A DNA stretch of 64,000 nt, taken from Nitrospirota bacterium. GTDB lineage: Bacteria > Nitrospirota > UBA9217. Below the pieces are notes generated by a model. That model saw nothing but the letters and a program-made list of their open reading frames with translations. It did not search any database and was not told the DNA's origin. The translations under genes and the position numbers were made by a program. The stretch lies in the NCBI GenBank assembly GCA_963741205.1, contig CAVUHW010000015.1, forward strand, positions 1 to 64,000. Direction: 5' to 3'. This document shows, one piece after another, positions 10,375 through 23,074 of this stretch. Position 1 is the first letter of the stretch. Every line of letters begins with the position of its first letter.

Positions 10375-12249
10375 ATGAAAGCGCCGTATCACTTCTTCGC
10401 CACTCGCTCTTCGTGGAGTTGTAGATCGTTAGCCATATCTCTAGCCATGAATTACCCGACAGTTGCACTAGGAATGTTCTTCCTCTGTCTTCTTCCGTGT
10501 CCGGCCTTGGGGTGGGATTTTCGTGTTGCCGATGTGGAAGGGCTGGCGAATGCGACGCTCGCCTACGGACTCCTGACGCGCACCCAAGAACGAGACAAAG
10601 ACCTCATCGCCATCGCCAATGGCGGGAGAGCCCATACGGCGAATGCGGACGACGGGGATCTCAATCAGGACCCGGGCGTGGTCTCAAACATGCTGAGGAC
10701 GACGGGGGAAGTAACGCTCCGGTGGCGTAACTTCGGCGCTATGTGCGCGGCTTTGCGCTCTACGATTTCCAGCAGGAGCTGTACGATCCAGCGCGGACGC
10801 GGTTGACGAGTAAAGCCCGGGACATCGTTGGCAAAGATATTGGTCTCCTCGAGCATTACCTGAGCGCACGGTTCCATGTCGGCGACGTGCCCGTCCAACT
10901 GCGGCTCGGCAACCAGGTGGTCAATTGGGGCGAGTCGTCCTTTCTTCGCTTCGGCGTGGACACCATTAATCCCTTGAATCTGGTGGCGCTGTACCAGCCG
11001 GCAAGCACGACTCAGGATCTGCCCATTCCCCAAGGCATGCTCTGGGGGGCGGCGAGTGTAACGGAAAATGTGGCGGTCGAAGGCCTCTACCAGTACGAAT
11101 GGCAGAAAGTGCGCGTGCCTCCTGTGGGCTGGTTTTTTTCCACGAATGACCTTATTGGCGCAGAGGGGCTCAATTATGCGATGGCCGGCCTCGGCCGTTT
11201 TTCCGATCGCGGCACGAATCTGGACACTACATTTGGCTTGCCGCCGGGAACGCTGGGCTTCGATCCCAATTTCATGAAGATCTTTCCCGGGCGAGTCACT
11301 CACCGGCAGACGGCGGTCAGTACGGCTTTGCCGTCCGGGCGTTCATTCCACAATTGAACTCCGCCGAGTTGGGCGTGTACTTTCTCAACTATCACAGCCG
11401 GTTTGCGCTCATTAATGGGTTCACCGCTGACCAGACGGCCATCGACGCTACCTCGTCGGCAGCCGTGGCGGCCAGAGCCGCTCAGTTGGCGCCGATTTAT
11501 CAAGCGGAAGGACTCAGTCCCGAGCAAGCCGCGCAGAAAGCGCAGGCGGCCGCGGGAACCCTCACCATCGGCAAGTTTACCAACGCCACGCGCTACTTTG
11601 CCTCCTACCCGGAAAACATCAAAATGCTGGGCTTTAGCTTCAATACCGCCATGTTGCGTACGGGCACGTTGTTCTCGGGAGAAATCTCCCATCATCTGGG
11701 CTTCCCCGTGCAGCGTCCCGTCGAGGAAGTGCTGGCCGCCTCCCTGTCGCCGATCCAGTTCACACCGGTGTTTCAGCAGACGTCGCTGGGAGCGTTCGGG
11801 GCTAATACCGTGGTTCGGGGGTTCGACCGACGGGACAAAACCCAATTCGAACTGGGCCTAAGGCAGTTGTTAGGTCCCCGGCTGTACTCCTCACAGACCA
11901 TCCTTGGCCTCGACCTCGGCTGGGTCCATATCCACAACCTGCCCTCCAGCTCCCCATTCGACGGGGACTCCTGGGGCTATCGGCTCATAGGCCAGTCGAC
12001 GTACGACGGCATCCTCGGTGGGGTAACACTCCTACCTCGCGTGGTGTGGGCACAGGACGTGAATGGCGTCACTCCCGGTCCGGGTGGAGCTTTCGTCGCA
12101 GGGCGGCGGGCCTATAACGTTGGACTGGAAGGGGATTACGTCAACCGCTGGACAGCTGATCTCAGTTACACCGGGTTTTTTGGCGGGGGGCGCTCAATCA
12201 ATCGAGGGATCGCGATTTCCTTTCGTTTCAGGTGGCGTATCACTACTAA
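10375..12249 (+). CDS. DUF1302 family outer membrane protein (frameshifted)
   Basis: NADDGDLN, RLGNQVVNWGES, FFSTND, YPENIKMLGFSFNT, WAQDVNGVTP and YTGFFGG motifs; ends ..VAYHY* at 12249. Confidence 0.85.
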
Positions 12250-12988
12250 GCATACGAATGAGACCATGATGTGTCAGAAGTTTTTGATCTGTCCCCTCGT
12301 GCCTGGGCTCTGCCTTGGCATGCCCTGCCGGGCAGGCTCTGCCTGGGAACACAAACCTCACGTGTGGCAGAGCCACGACCACCCGGCGTACCCAGGCGGA
12401 GCCTGGGTACGAGGAAGCTGCTTTCGGAAGTTGCTGGTCTGCTGCTTGATTTTCTTCGGGGTCACCCTCACGGCGGTTTTGGCCTTCGCTAAGGTGTCCC
12501 GAGGGACGTGAATCGTTCTGGGCTTGGTTCTGGGCAGGAGTGCAGATTATTGGCAACGGGATTCTTCAACAAATTGTTTCGATGGAGCTTTTGTTACGGG
12601 TGGACGATCCAATGAATATCATGCCATCGCAAATACCGTTTCGCGTTCGTCATGCAATTGAACGCTCTAATGATATTAATTAATATATTAAATTCTCAAA
12701 ATAGCTTTACTGAAACATTGTTGAAACAGATTTTGCCCAAAAGTTCGAGTCCTCGCCAGATCCCAGAATCGAGATCAGAATAGTCAAGAAATAGTGGGAG
12801 CGCCCAAATGGCAGTACAAAAGTTGAATGTTGCTTGTTCTGCCCGAACCACTGCTTGGATTTGCAAATTGCCGATTGAACTTCCGTCAAGCTCAACTTGC
12901 ATAAAGCCCATTATTAAGCGGTTTTATTTGGTTACGTGTTTCAGTCCAAGATGTATCTGCCCTGTTCATCTTTGTTCACACAGCCCTA

Positions 12989-13843
12989 TTAGTCCTTTAT
13001 GTTATATTCTTTGCACACATACTGCATCAACTTCAGTGCACTTTCCTTGCTTTCGTTGTAACTGCCCACTAACAGGGTATTAAAATCTTCTATGCTTACC
13101 ATAGCCGCCCGGAAGTCTTCAAGATCGTCAGGCGATGTCTTTCTCAGTTTTCCGCTGATGTCGGAATGATCGATTCTTAATGCATATAAGTCATCCGCAG
13201 TAAAATGCTGTTGCATGAATTTTTCCACGATCTCCTTCACCTGTTGTACCTGGATTGCCTCCGCGGTTTTCACTTGGTTTAGTTGGCCCTCATAATCAGT
13301 AATGTAATTACTAATCTCTGAGCCTGAGAATTGTTTTAGGTTCAATTGATTTTTAATAGAAGTGAGCGCTCCTGACGAGGATGTAAACGTGGTTACCCGA
13401 AAACATTTCTCAATAAGATGCTCCAATTTTTTTGAATCAATTACACCGGGCGGTTTTCGGAGTATTTTAAATACGCTGTCGGCGTTTTTCTGCAAGTCTG
13501 TTTGATAAGCAATAGTTTCATTGAGACTTGCGGTATCTTTTTTTAATTCCTGTACCAGTTGTTCGCTGAGTTGGGTTACCCTTTCGTTATTTGAAAAATA
13601 TTCTCTTATATTTTCTGCAAAGAAGCCCATTGTTACGGCCAGGAATATCATTAAGAATTCAAGAAAGTATTCCTTGAAACTTTTCTTATCAACATTGGGA
13701 TGATGATGTACTTCCATATTTTCTAATTTGTGATTTGGGTTAATAGTCTCAATGTCTTTAGTAGGGTTAATCTCGTAAGGAGGATTTTCCGACTGAGTTT
13801 TTTGGGGGTTATCCAAATGTTCTTCGTGCGTATTGTCTGGCAT
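12989..13843 (-). CDS. conserved Bacteroidota hypothetical membrane-anchored protein
   Basis: MEVHHHP...KEYFLEFLMIFLAVTMGFFAENIRE motif in an intact, AT-rich 284 aa ORF. Confidence 0.75.
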   Translation of the reverse strand: MPDNTHEEHLDNPQKTQSENPPYEINPTKDIETINPNHKLENMEVHHHPNVDKKSFKEYFLEFLMIFLAVTMGFFAENIREYFSNNERVTQLSEQLVQELKKDTASLNETIAYQTDLQKNADSVFKILRKPPGVIDSKKLEHLIEKCFRVTTFTSSSGALTSIKNQLNLKQFSGSEISNYITDYEGQLNQVKTAEAIQVQQVKEIVEKFMQQHFTADDLYALRIDHSDISGKLRKTSPDDLEDFRAAMVSIEDFNTLLVGSYNESKESALKLMQYVCKEYNIKD

Positions 13844-13882
13844 TTATTTATTGATAGTTGGTCAAATTATTCCAAAAACGAC

Positions 13883-13917
13883 AAAACCCTTTAAAATCAA
13901 TGATTCTAAAGGGTTTT
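13883..13917 (-). terminator. inverted repeat 3' of tRNA-Asp (terminator or att-associated); coordinates approximate
   Basis: aaaaccctttaaaatca-a-tgattctaaagggtttt, just downstream of the tRNA 3' end. Confidence 0.55.
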
Positions 13918-13939
13918 GAAAATTGGAGAAGGAACTTTG

Positions 13940-14013
13940 CGGACCGGACGGGACTCGAACCCGCGACCTCTGCCGTGACAGGGCAGCATTCTAACCAACT
14001 GAACTACCGATCC
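13940..14013 (-). tRNA. tRNA-Asp (GTC)
   Basis: Reverse complement GGATCGGTAGTTCAGTTGGTTAGAATGCTGCCCTGTCACGGCAGAGGTCGCGGGTTCGAGTCCCGTCCGGTCCG folds as a cloverleaf with a GTC anticodon. Confidence 0.97.
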
Positions 14014-14235
14014 TTGTTTTTTGGGACTGCGAATTTAGCGCAGATGCCGCTTTACCGGCCATCCCGCTCCGTTTTTCGTCCGAAGGAGGGCAAAGATAAT
14101 AGTTTTTTATTCATTTCATCAAAACTTTCCGTAGGCAGTTTTCTCCGAATTCACTATAAATCAACCGGATGAATATTGGAATTAAACTTTCCTATATTTT
14201 ACGCATAGCTTAAATTTACAGCATATTCATACGCT

Positions 14236-15283
14236 ATGCCCCTGGATAAAAACCGGCAGTTCCTGGATTTTGAGAAACCGATCAAAGAACTTTTCGACGA
14301 AATTGAAAAACTCAGGCTGACGGCAGAAAAAACCAAGGTTGACCTTACAGATTCCATCAATAAACTGTACGACCAGGTTACCGAACGCAGGCGGGACATC
14401 ACCGCCCATCTCACACCCTGGCAGAAAGTACAGCTGAGCCGTCATCCCGACCGTCCATATACGATGAAGTATATCGAGAAAATGACGGACAATTTTATCG
14501 AACTCTTCGGCGACCGGAACGTGAAGGATGATAAAGCCATGGTGGGTGGATTTGCCCAACTCGATGGCCAGACCGTGATGTTCATCGGCCAGCAAAAAGG
14601 TACCAATACCAAAATGCGCCAGATGCGCAATTTCGGTATGGCCAATCCGGAAGGTTACCGGAAAGCACTTCGCCTGATGCGACTGGCAGAAAAATTCAAT
14701 AAACCCATCGTTACACTGATCGATACACCCGGCGCATTTCCCGGTATGGAAGCAGAGGAACGCGGACAGGGAGAAGCCATCGCGCGGAATATTTATGAAA
14801 TGATCCGGCTGCGCGTACCGGTTATCTGTGTGATCATCGGGGAAGGCGCTTCCGGCGGTGCACTGGGCATCGGCGTGGGAGACAGGGTATTCATGCTCGA
14901 GAATTCCTGGTATACGGTGATCTCCCCGGAAAATTGCAGTTCCATTCTCTGGCGCAGTTGGGATCAGAAAGAAAAAGCAGCAGAAGAACTTAGACTTGAC
15001 ACCAGATAATATGTATGGATTCGGACTCATCGACGGGATCGTTCCGGAGCCGCTTGGCGGGGCCCATTGGGATTATAATGAAGCAGCGGCATTACTGAAA
15101 CCGCGTATTATTCATACGATCCAGGAACTCCAAAAAATACCGGCAGAAGAACGCATCAATAACCGAATAGAGAAATTCAATAAAATGGGATTCTGGGATG
15201 AACTGCCCGAACAGCCTGAAGTAATTCATCACGGTGAACCAGAACCTGAAATCAATGAAATCATACCCGTGAACAATGAGTAA
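14236..15283 (+). CDS. accA: acetyl-CoA carboxylase carboxyltransferase alpha subunit (one frameshift near 15000)
   Basis: [45 protein letters not shown] and [10 protein letters not shown] motifs. Confidence 0.96.
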
Positions 15284-16194
15284 CCTGATCTCCCTTTTAT
15301 CCGGAACAGGCGTCGCCCTGGTCACCCCCTTCCAATCCAATTTGGAAATTGATGAACCTGCCCTTGCACGGGTCATAGATCATGTGATTGCAGGTGGCGT
15401 AGAATATATCGTTACACTGGGGACAACGGCTGAAACGCCTACCTTATCCCGGGAGGAAAAAATTCGTGTTGCCCGGTTTACCATCGAAGTGGTAAACAAC
15501 CGGGTTCCGGTAGTGATCGGAGCGGGCGGGAGTGATACCCGCGAAGTGATCCGGGAAATTGAAAAACTTCCAACCGATCATTCAGCAGCCATCCTCAGCG
15601 CAAGTCCCTATTATAGCAAACCTTCACAGGAAGGCATCTACCAGCATTATAAAGCGATTGCAGCAGCTTCGCCCAAACCCGTATTATTATACAATGTGCC
15701 CGGAAGGACGGCAAGAAATGTAAATGCATCTACTATTTTGCGTCTGGCAGAAGTTCCCAATATTGCGGGCATCAAGGAGGCCGGGGGAGATATGGCCCAA
15801 TGTGCCATGATACTGAGGGATTGTCCGCCTGATTTCCTGGTGTTAAGTGGTGATGATGCACTCGCATTCCCACAGATCGCCATCGGTATGAAGGGCGTGA
15901 TCAGCGTTGCGGCCAACAGTTTTCCTCAGGCATTTTCAAATATGGTCCGCGCCGCACTGCAAGGCGATTTGAAAAAAGCAAAGAAACTAAATGACGGATT
16001 AATCGAGGGATATGATTTGCTTATTTGTTGAAAATAATCCGGCAGGTGTGAAAGCCGCCCTGGCGGAATTGGGTCTCATCAAAAATGAACTCCGCCTGCC
16101 ATTGGTTCCCCTGAGTAAAATGTATCATGATCAGTTGAAAAAATACATTTCAGGCTTAAAGCTTAAAACCCAAAGCTTAACACTTAATACATAA
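15276..16194 (+). CDS. dapA: 4-hydroxy-tetrahydrodipicolinate synthase (frameshift near 16025)
   Basis: GVALVTPF, GTT, LYNVPGRT, GIKEA, SGDD, NPAGVK and RLPL motifs. Confidence 0.95.
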
Positions 16195-16338
16195 AGTACC
16201 GGATCCAGGCCTAAAGTAATAATTTAAGTATTAAACTTAATTGTATAAGTGTCATATTTTAATGTCAATGATCTAAATCAAAATTTGAATCCTATCTTCC
16301 ATTTCCAAATTTCCAAATTTCCAAATTTCCTAATTCCA
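16150..16338. repeat. degenerate heptamer (gcttaaa) and octamer (ttccaaat) runs
   Basis: gcttaaa gcttaaa acccaaa gcttaac acttaat..., then tttccaaa tttccaaa tttccaaa. Confidence 0.7.
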
Positions 16339-16342
16339 CTTC

Positions 16343-18024
16343 ATGGCTTCATCCATCTTCCGGAGAAAATCGTTAGATAAAATTATCAGGGATGCAGAAG
16401 AGGGGTTGGGAGATGCACATGAACATCAGCTCAGAAAAGTGCTTGGTGTGCGGGATCTTACATTCATGGGGATCGCCGCGGTAATCGGTGCGGGAATATT
16501 TTCAACGATCGGTATTGCGGCATTTCATGGGGGACCCGGAGTTATATTTTTATTTCTGATCACCGCCGTCACCTGCGGATTTACTGCGCTTTGTTATGCT
16601 GAATTTGCTTCCCGTGTTCCGGTAGCCGGCAGCGCCTATACTTATTCTTACGTGAGTTTTGGTGAAGTGATCGCCTGGGTAATCGGGTGGGCCCTGATCC
16701 TGGAATATGCCATCGGCAATGTGGTTGTTGCCATTTCCTGGAGTGCCTATTTCAATAATATCCTCCGGAACATGGGCATTCACCTGCCTGACTGGCTTGC
16801 TATCGGTTACCTGACAGCGAAAATGGCCTATCAGACAGCGCTGGAAGCACATAAGCCGGTAGCCGATATGGTTTTTCTCAATGCACCGGACAGATCGCCG
16901 GTATCAAATTCATCATCAATCTGCCTGCCTTTATCATTGTGGCGTTGATTACTGCCCTCGCCTATGTAGGTATCAACGAAAGCCGCAAGAGCGCAAATTT
17001 CATGGTGGGCCTGAAACTGGTCGTCTTGTTTTTCATTGCGGTAATTGGGTTTTGGCTGATTTTTTCAACAGGGACCACGTCTAACTGGAAACCTTTTCTG
17101 CCGGAAGGTATGAGCGGAGTAATGCAAAGTGTCTCTTCTGTATTTTTTGCCTATATCGGTTTTGACGCCATTTCCACAACCGCTGAAGAATGCCGCAATC
17201 CGCAAAGAGATCTGCCCAAGGGAATGATGAATTCCCTGCTGATCTGTACGATGATCTATGTGATTACGGCCCTGGTCATTACCGGCCTGGTCAATTATAA
17301 AGAATTTGAATTCGTTGCCGATCCGCTGGCTTATGTATTTGATAAGATCAATATGCACAAGATCGGGTTCATTATTTCCGTGAGTGCTGTCGTGGCTTCC
17401 ACTTCGGTATTGCTGGTTTTCCAGATTGGTCAGCCCAGGATCTGGATGAGCATGAGCCGCGACGGCCTGCTGCCACCGGCTTTCGGCCGCATCAGTAAAA
17501 GATTCAAAACACCAGGTTTTGCTACGATCATCACCGGAGTTTTTGTTGGCATACCGGTGTTGGTGGTTGATGATAAGCTGATGACGGACCTGACCAGCAT
17601 CGGAACCCTGTTTGCATTCGTGCTCGTCTGTGGAGGAGTCCTGTATTTACCCAAGCTCATCCGGGTGCCGGGGAAATTCAGCATTCCTTATTTGAATGGA
17701 AAATATATTATTCCCATCCTGCTGGCAGTATTTATTTTTTTTGCCAGGCACCGTATTGGGAATGCCTTGTCAAATATGAGCGCAGAATCCTACCAGGAAA
17801 TACTGTTTCTTTTATTCCTGATCTCAGCTTGCATCATCGCGATCCTGACTTTTGTCCGGGATTATTCCGTGATCCCCGTGCTTGGTGTTTTATTCTGCTT
17901 ATATCTCATGATTGAAATACCCGCAAAAAGCTGGATGGTGTTTTTCGGCTGGATGAGCCTGGGGCTGGCGATTTATCTGTTGTATGGGAGGAGGAAGAGC
18001 AAGTTGGCCGGTAGGCCAACTTAA
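16343..18024 (+). CDS. APC family amino acid permease (frameshift near 16890)
   Basis: GIAAVIGAGIF, AGSAYTYSY, FFAYIGFDAIST.AEE and MSRDGLLP motifs. Confidence 0.93.
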
Positions 18025-18147
18025 TTTGAAAATTTGGAAATTTGAAAAATTGGAAATGAAATTTGTCAAATTATTTTAAATGGGACAGTTCAGGTTTCAG
18101 AATGAATCGTATTATTTCCAATTTTCCAATTTTTCAAATTCCCAAAT
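18025..18147. repeat. inverted pair of degenerate octamer runs (ttggaaat / atttccaa)
   Basis: tttgaaa atttggaaa tttgaaaaa ttggaaat ... atttcca attttcca atttttca aattccca aatt. Confidence 0.75.
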
Positions 18148-20543
18148 TATTCAGAGCGCAAGCTCTGAACCGGGTTATTCATCGCTGCTCTCATGGCGAG
18201 CAGGCTCACGGTTATCAGCGCAATCATTAATGCGAGCAGACCTGAAAAGAAAAAGACCCACCAGCTCATGGGAATCCGATAAGCATAATTCTGCATCCAG
18301 CGGTTAACCGAAAACCAGGCAAGCGGCCAGGCAATGGCATTGGCAATCAGAACCAGTTTGATAAAATGCCCCGACAAAAGAGTAACAATACTGGACATGG
18401 AAGCACCCAATACCTTACGCACACCGATTTCCTTCACTCTCCTTTCTGCAGAATACGAGGCCAGCCCAAATAAACCGAGGCAGGAAATCAGGATGGCAAG
18501 GAAGGCCAGGATGCCCACCAATTGTGTGATCTGTGCATCCGTCCGGTAAACATCTTTGAAATGATCGTCGAGAAACTGATATTCAAATGGATGATCGGGA
18601 AATAAATTTTTCCAGGTTGACTGGACAAAAGAAATCGCTTCTTTCGCTTTGGCACCATTAATTTTCACCGAAACCGTACTAAATCCCCATTCTTTCTGAT
18701 TGAACATAAACATGGTTTCAATCTTATAATGAAGGGAGTTAAAATTGAAATCCTTCGCAATGCCCACAATATATCCCAGGGAATCAAATCCAAAATGTTT
18801 CCCGATCAGCCAGGACATTCGTTTTTTCGGATAATCTTTCAACAATTCTTTTGCAAGCGCTTCATTAATGATATATTCTTTTCCGTTGGCCTGTTTTTCA
18901 TGGGAAAAATTGCTTCCATAAGCCAGTTTAATTTTATAAAGGTTGAGATAGTCCGGGTCAACAATCAGCCGGGTAGAAGTCAGTTCCCTCAATGGACCAT
19001 CACCATGAAATTCAATACCTGACTGATCCAGATGGCTGCCCAGCTGATCCTGGGAAGCGGTAACTGCGGAACCAGGGAATTTGCTGACAGTTTTTCCTTC
19101 AACAGATCATATTTCCTGTATGTGATACTATCCAGCGGAATGGTCATGATTTGTTCCCGGACAAAACCCGGATCCTGTTTTTGCATAAAATTGAATTGGC
19201 GGAACACAAAGATGGTGGCGATGATCAGAAAAATGGCACTTACAAACTGGCCAACTACAAGGATATTTCGGAAGCCGGCTTTCTTATTCCCGGAAATGGC
19301 AGATCCTTTCAGTACTTTGGCGGGTTGAAAAGAAGAGAGGTAGAATGCCGGATAAATTCCGGAGATCAATCCGACAACGATGGTCCCCAGAATAATTGAG
19401 AAGATCAATCCGGGATGGGCTGTAATAAGTTCATCAGGTTCCGCTGGCTAAGATTGCTGATATAGGGAAGAATGAGAAAGACCATCAGGACGGCAAGCAA
19501 TAAAGCGATCAAAGACAAAAGCATGGTTTCACCCATAAACTGGATGCCCAGCTGAAATCGTTGTGCGCCGATCGATTTACGGATGCCCACTTCCTTGGCC
19601 CTTTCAGCGGAGCGTGCCGTGGACAGGTTCATAAAATTGATACAGGCAATGATCAGGACGATCAGGGCGATGATCATGAAAATACCGTGTAATTCTTGTC
19701 AAATTTCTGATAATTGATATAGTCCAGTCCAATATCGGCTGCATTGGCATGAACATCGTTTAATGGAAGCAGGAATAGTTCATAAAATTTCCATCCCTGT
19801 TATCTCCCGTCATATGTTTCTTCAGAAAGGCAGGAAATTTTTTCTCCATGGCGGCCATATCTGTATTGGGCGCCAACTCCAAATAGGTATTCAGCCAGTT
19901 GCCGCCCCAGTTATTCATCCAATCCGGTTTATAGATGGTATTGAAAGAAAACAAAGCATCAAACTGAAACTGGGAATTATTCGGAATATCTTCAGGAGCC
20001 TGTAACGGTATATGATATGGTATCGCCGCCATAATGGGTAATGGTTTTACCAATGGGGTTTTCTGATCCGAATAATTTCCGGGCGGCTGATTCCGTAAGC
20101 ACGGCGCTGTTTGGTTTCTGTAGGGCTGTCAGCCGGTTGCCTTTAACCATTGGGAAATCAAACATGGAAAGAAATGCCGTGTCAACAAAAAAAATCTGCG
20201 GCAGGTAGATACGCTTATCTCCGGAAGTCATTTGATAGTTGGTATTCCAGTTAACCCGGGTGTAATTTAAAACCTCCGGAAAATCCTGCTTCAGCGTGGG
20301 TCCCATGGGAAACATGGAAAGCGCTACTTTTTGTGAGGCCACCATACCCGGGAATTTCTGTACTTCATTCAGCCGGTAAATATTTTTGGAGTGTATATTG
20401 TCGAAACTTCTTTCATAATAAACAAACAGCATGATCACGATGCAGGCTGCCATGCCGGTGGCAAGTCCGACAATATTAATGCCTGAGTATAATTTGTGTT
20501 TACCCAGGTTCCGCCAGGCGATGGTGAGGTAATTTCTTAACAT
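18147..20543 (-). CDS. ABC transporter permease (MacB/FtsX-like, two FtsX domains), frameshifted
   Basis: MLRNYLTIAWRNL, IACINFMNLSTARS..RAKEVGIRK, KEIGVRKVLGAS and NPVQSLRSE. Confidence 0.93.
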
Positions 20544-20556
20544 GGAAAGAATTTTT

Positions 20557-20664
20557 ATTTGGAAAATTGGAAATTTGAAAGATTGAAAATGCCTTTTACT
20601 TATTTAAGATTTTTATTTATTAGAATATTTATTTCCAATTTTCCGATTTTTCAAATTTCCAAAT
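20557..20664. repeat. inverted pair of degenerate octamer runs, same family as 18025-18147
   Basis: atttggaaaattggaaatttgaaagattgaaaat ... atttccaattttccgatttttcaaatttccaaat. Confidence 0.75.
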
Positions 20665-23023
20665 TATTCAGAACGTAAGCTCTGAACCGGGTTCGCCATT
20701 GCCGCTTTAACGGATTGAAAACTGACGGTAATCCCGGTGATTAACACCGCGCCCAGCCCTGAAGACAGGAAAATCCACCAGGACATGCCCGTGCGATATT
20801 CGAATTGCTGCAGCCACTGATTCATAAAATAATAAGACACCGGAATGGCGATGCAGAGCGAAATAAATACGAGTACCACAAAGTCTTTCGACAACAATTG
20901 CCAGAGGTTCAGGACAGTGGCACCAAGCACTTTTCTCACCCCGATTTCTTTGGTCCGCTGGACAGCGACAAAGGATGCCAGTCCGAATAATCCCAGGCAG
21001 GCGATGAGTATGGTCAGACCGGCAAATAGTGCAGCCAGCGTTGCTGTTCGCCGGGTATCATCAAATTTCCGGGCATATTGTTCATCTACAAAATGGTATT
21101 CGAAGGGATAATCCGGATTATATTTTTTCAGGATCTGTTCCATCTGTTTCATGTCTTCCTGCGGGTTGGTGCCTGCAGCCAGTTTCACATTGATGACATT
21201 CAAACCCGTATTCGAAGCCGCCCCTTCGATGGCCATGGGTGCAACCGGAAAAAACGGGGAGGTGAGGATAAAGTTCTTTACCACGCCGATGACGTGAAAG
21301 GTTTTCCGATCATCCGTGATCAGCTGTCCGAGCGGGTTTTTAAAACCCATTGTCTTTACAGCTGTTTCATTCAGAATGGCCGCAGTAGAATCTGTCGGGT
21401 ATTTGGAAAGATCCATATCACGTCCAAGAATCAGTTTAAGGCCGGCTGTACGAACCAGATTATCATCTGTACTGAACCGGTGAAAATCGGTTTTGTCGTA
21501 AGGGGATTTTCCTTGCCAGCCGATATCCCAGGTATCACTCCAGATTTCCGTCAGTGGCCAGCTGGTCCGGTTGACCAGCGACGCGGTTCCGGATTGCAGC
21601 AATTCGTTTTTTACCAGTGCATAATGTTTATTCAGGTCTCCTGTTGCGAAATGATAAACCAGGTTATTGCGGTCATAACCGGTATCCCTTTGACGGGCAA
21701 ACCGGATTTGCTGAACCACGACCAGGGTACTGATGATCAGGATGATGGCAAAACTAAATTGTAATACCACCAGCACCCGGCGTGGAGTCACCAATGCCTG
21801 TGAATGTTTAAATCTTCCTTTCAGTACGGATACGGGTTTGAAGGAAGAGAGGAAAAAAGCCGGGTAACTGCCAGCCAACACTCCGGTGATAAAAATAAAA
21901 ACCAAGCGTATAACCAGAAATAAGGGCTTGAGTAGGGGAGTGAAAGTTCTTTACCGATCAACAGGTTAAAAGCAGGTAAAAATATCTGCACCAGGAATAG
22001 TCCCAGTATTCCGGAAATCACGGCAATAAACATGGATTCACCCAGAAACTGCAGGACCAGCGAAGATTTGTAAGCACCGGAAACCTTGCGTATACCAACT
22101 TCCCTTGCCCTTTTTTCACTGCGCGCCGTGCTCAGGTTCATGAAGTTGATACAGGCAATCAGCAGGATGAAAGCGGCTATGACCATAAACAGGCGTACGG
22201 TATCGATTTCCCCGCCGGCGACTTTGCCGTTTTCGAAACGGGAATACAAGTGCAGTTTGTTCAGGGGATGAAGAAATACTTCTTCCTTTACTTCTCCTTT
22301 GGATTGGGTCCTGCTGATGTTTTTTATTTTCGCATTGAGCGATTCGGGGTTGGTTTGTGGTTTTACCAGAACAAAAGTATTAACAGAATTATTTCCCCAC
22401 TCGCTATCGTCCGCATTCAGTTTTTTCATAATGGTCCAGGGCAGCAGGTATTCGAAACTGAACCGGGTATTCGTGGGCAAATCCTTGATGATAGCGGTAA
22501 CCGTAAAATTATTACTGTCTATTTTTATTTGTTTATCCATGGGATCTTCCAGGCCAAACATTTTCTTTGCCATTTTTTCGGTGATCACAATAGAGTAAAC
22601 ACTATTCAAAGCTGTTTTGGCATTCCCCTTTTTCAGAGGAAAACTAAACATGTCCAGGAATGCGGGGTCAACGATCAGGTATTCGCTGGAAAATTTTCTA
22701 TCGCCTACAGATGTAACAAACCATCCCCTGACCGTCCTGGTTATTTCCTGAATTTCGGGATAATCTTTTCTTAACGTAAGACCGAGGATCTTGGGTGTGT
22801 TATCCCAGCATTGGACTTTACCATCGAATTTACCCCGGTTCCATGCTTCGTAGATATCATCACCTTTCTGATGAAAACGATCATAGCTGACCTCATTCTG
22901 TATCCAGAGCAGGATCAGCAGGGCGCTGGCCATACCGATGGCGAGTCCGCTGATATTTAAAAAAGAAAATGCTTTGTTTTTGTACAGGTTGCGCAGAGCA
23001 ATTTTGAAATAGTTGCTGATCAT
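20664..23023 (-). CDS. ABC transporter permease (MacB/FtsX-like), frameshifted
   Basis: MISNYFKIALRNL, IACINFMNLSTARSEKRAREVGIRK and NPVQSLRSE. Confidence 0.93.
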
Positions 23024-23074
23024 AACCGGATATTGCTGAATGTAAACATGGGCATAAAGACTGCATATTCTTAA

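Noticed and set aside
16150-20664. CRISPR array
   Set aside because: The repeats are 7-8 bp degenerate runs without unique spacers of regular length, and there are no cas genes.
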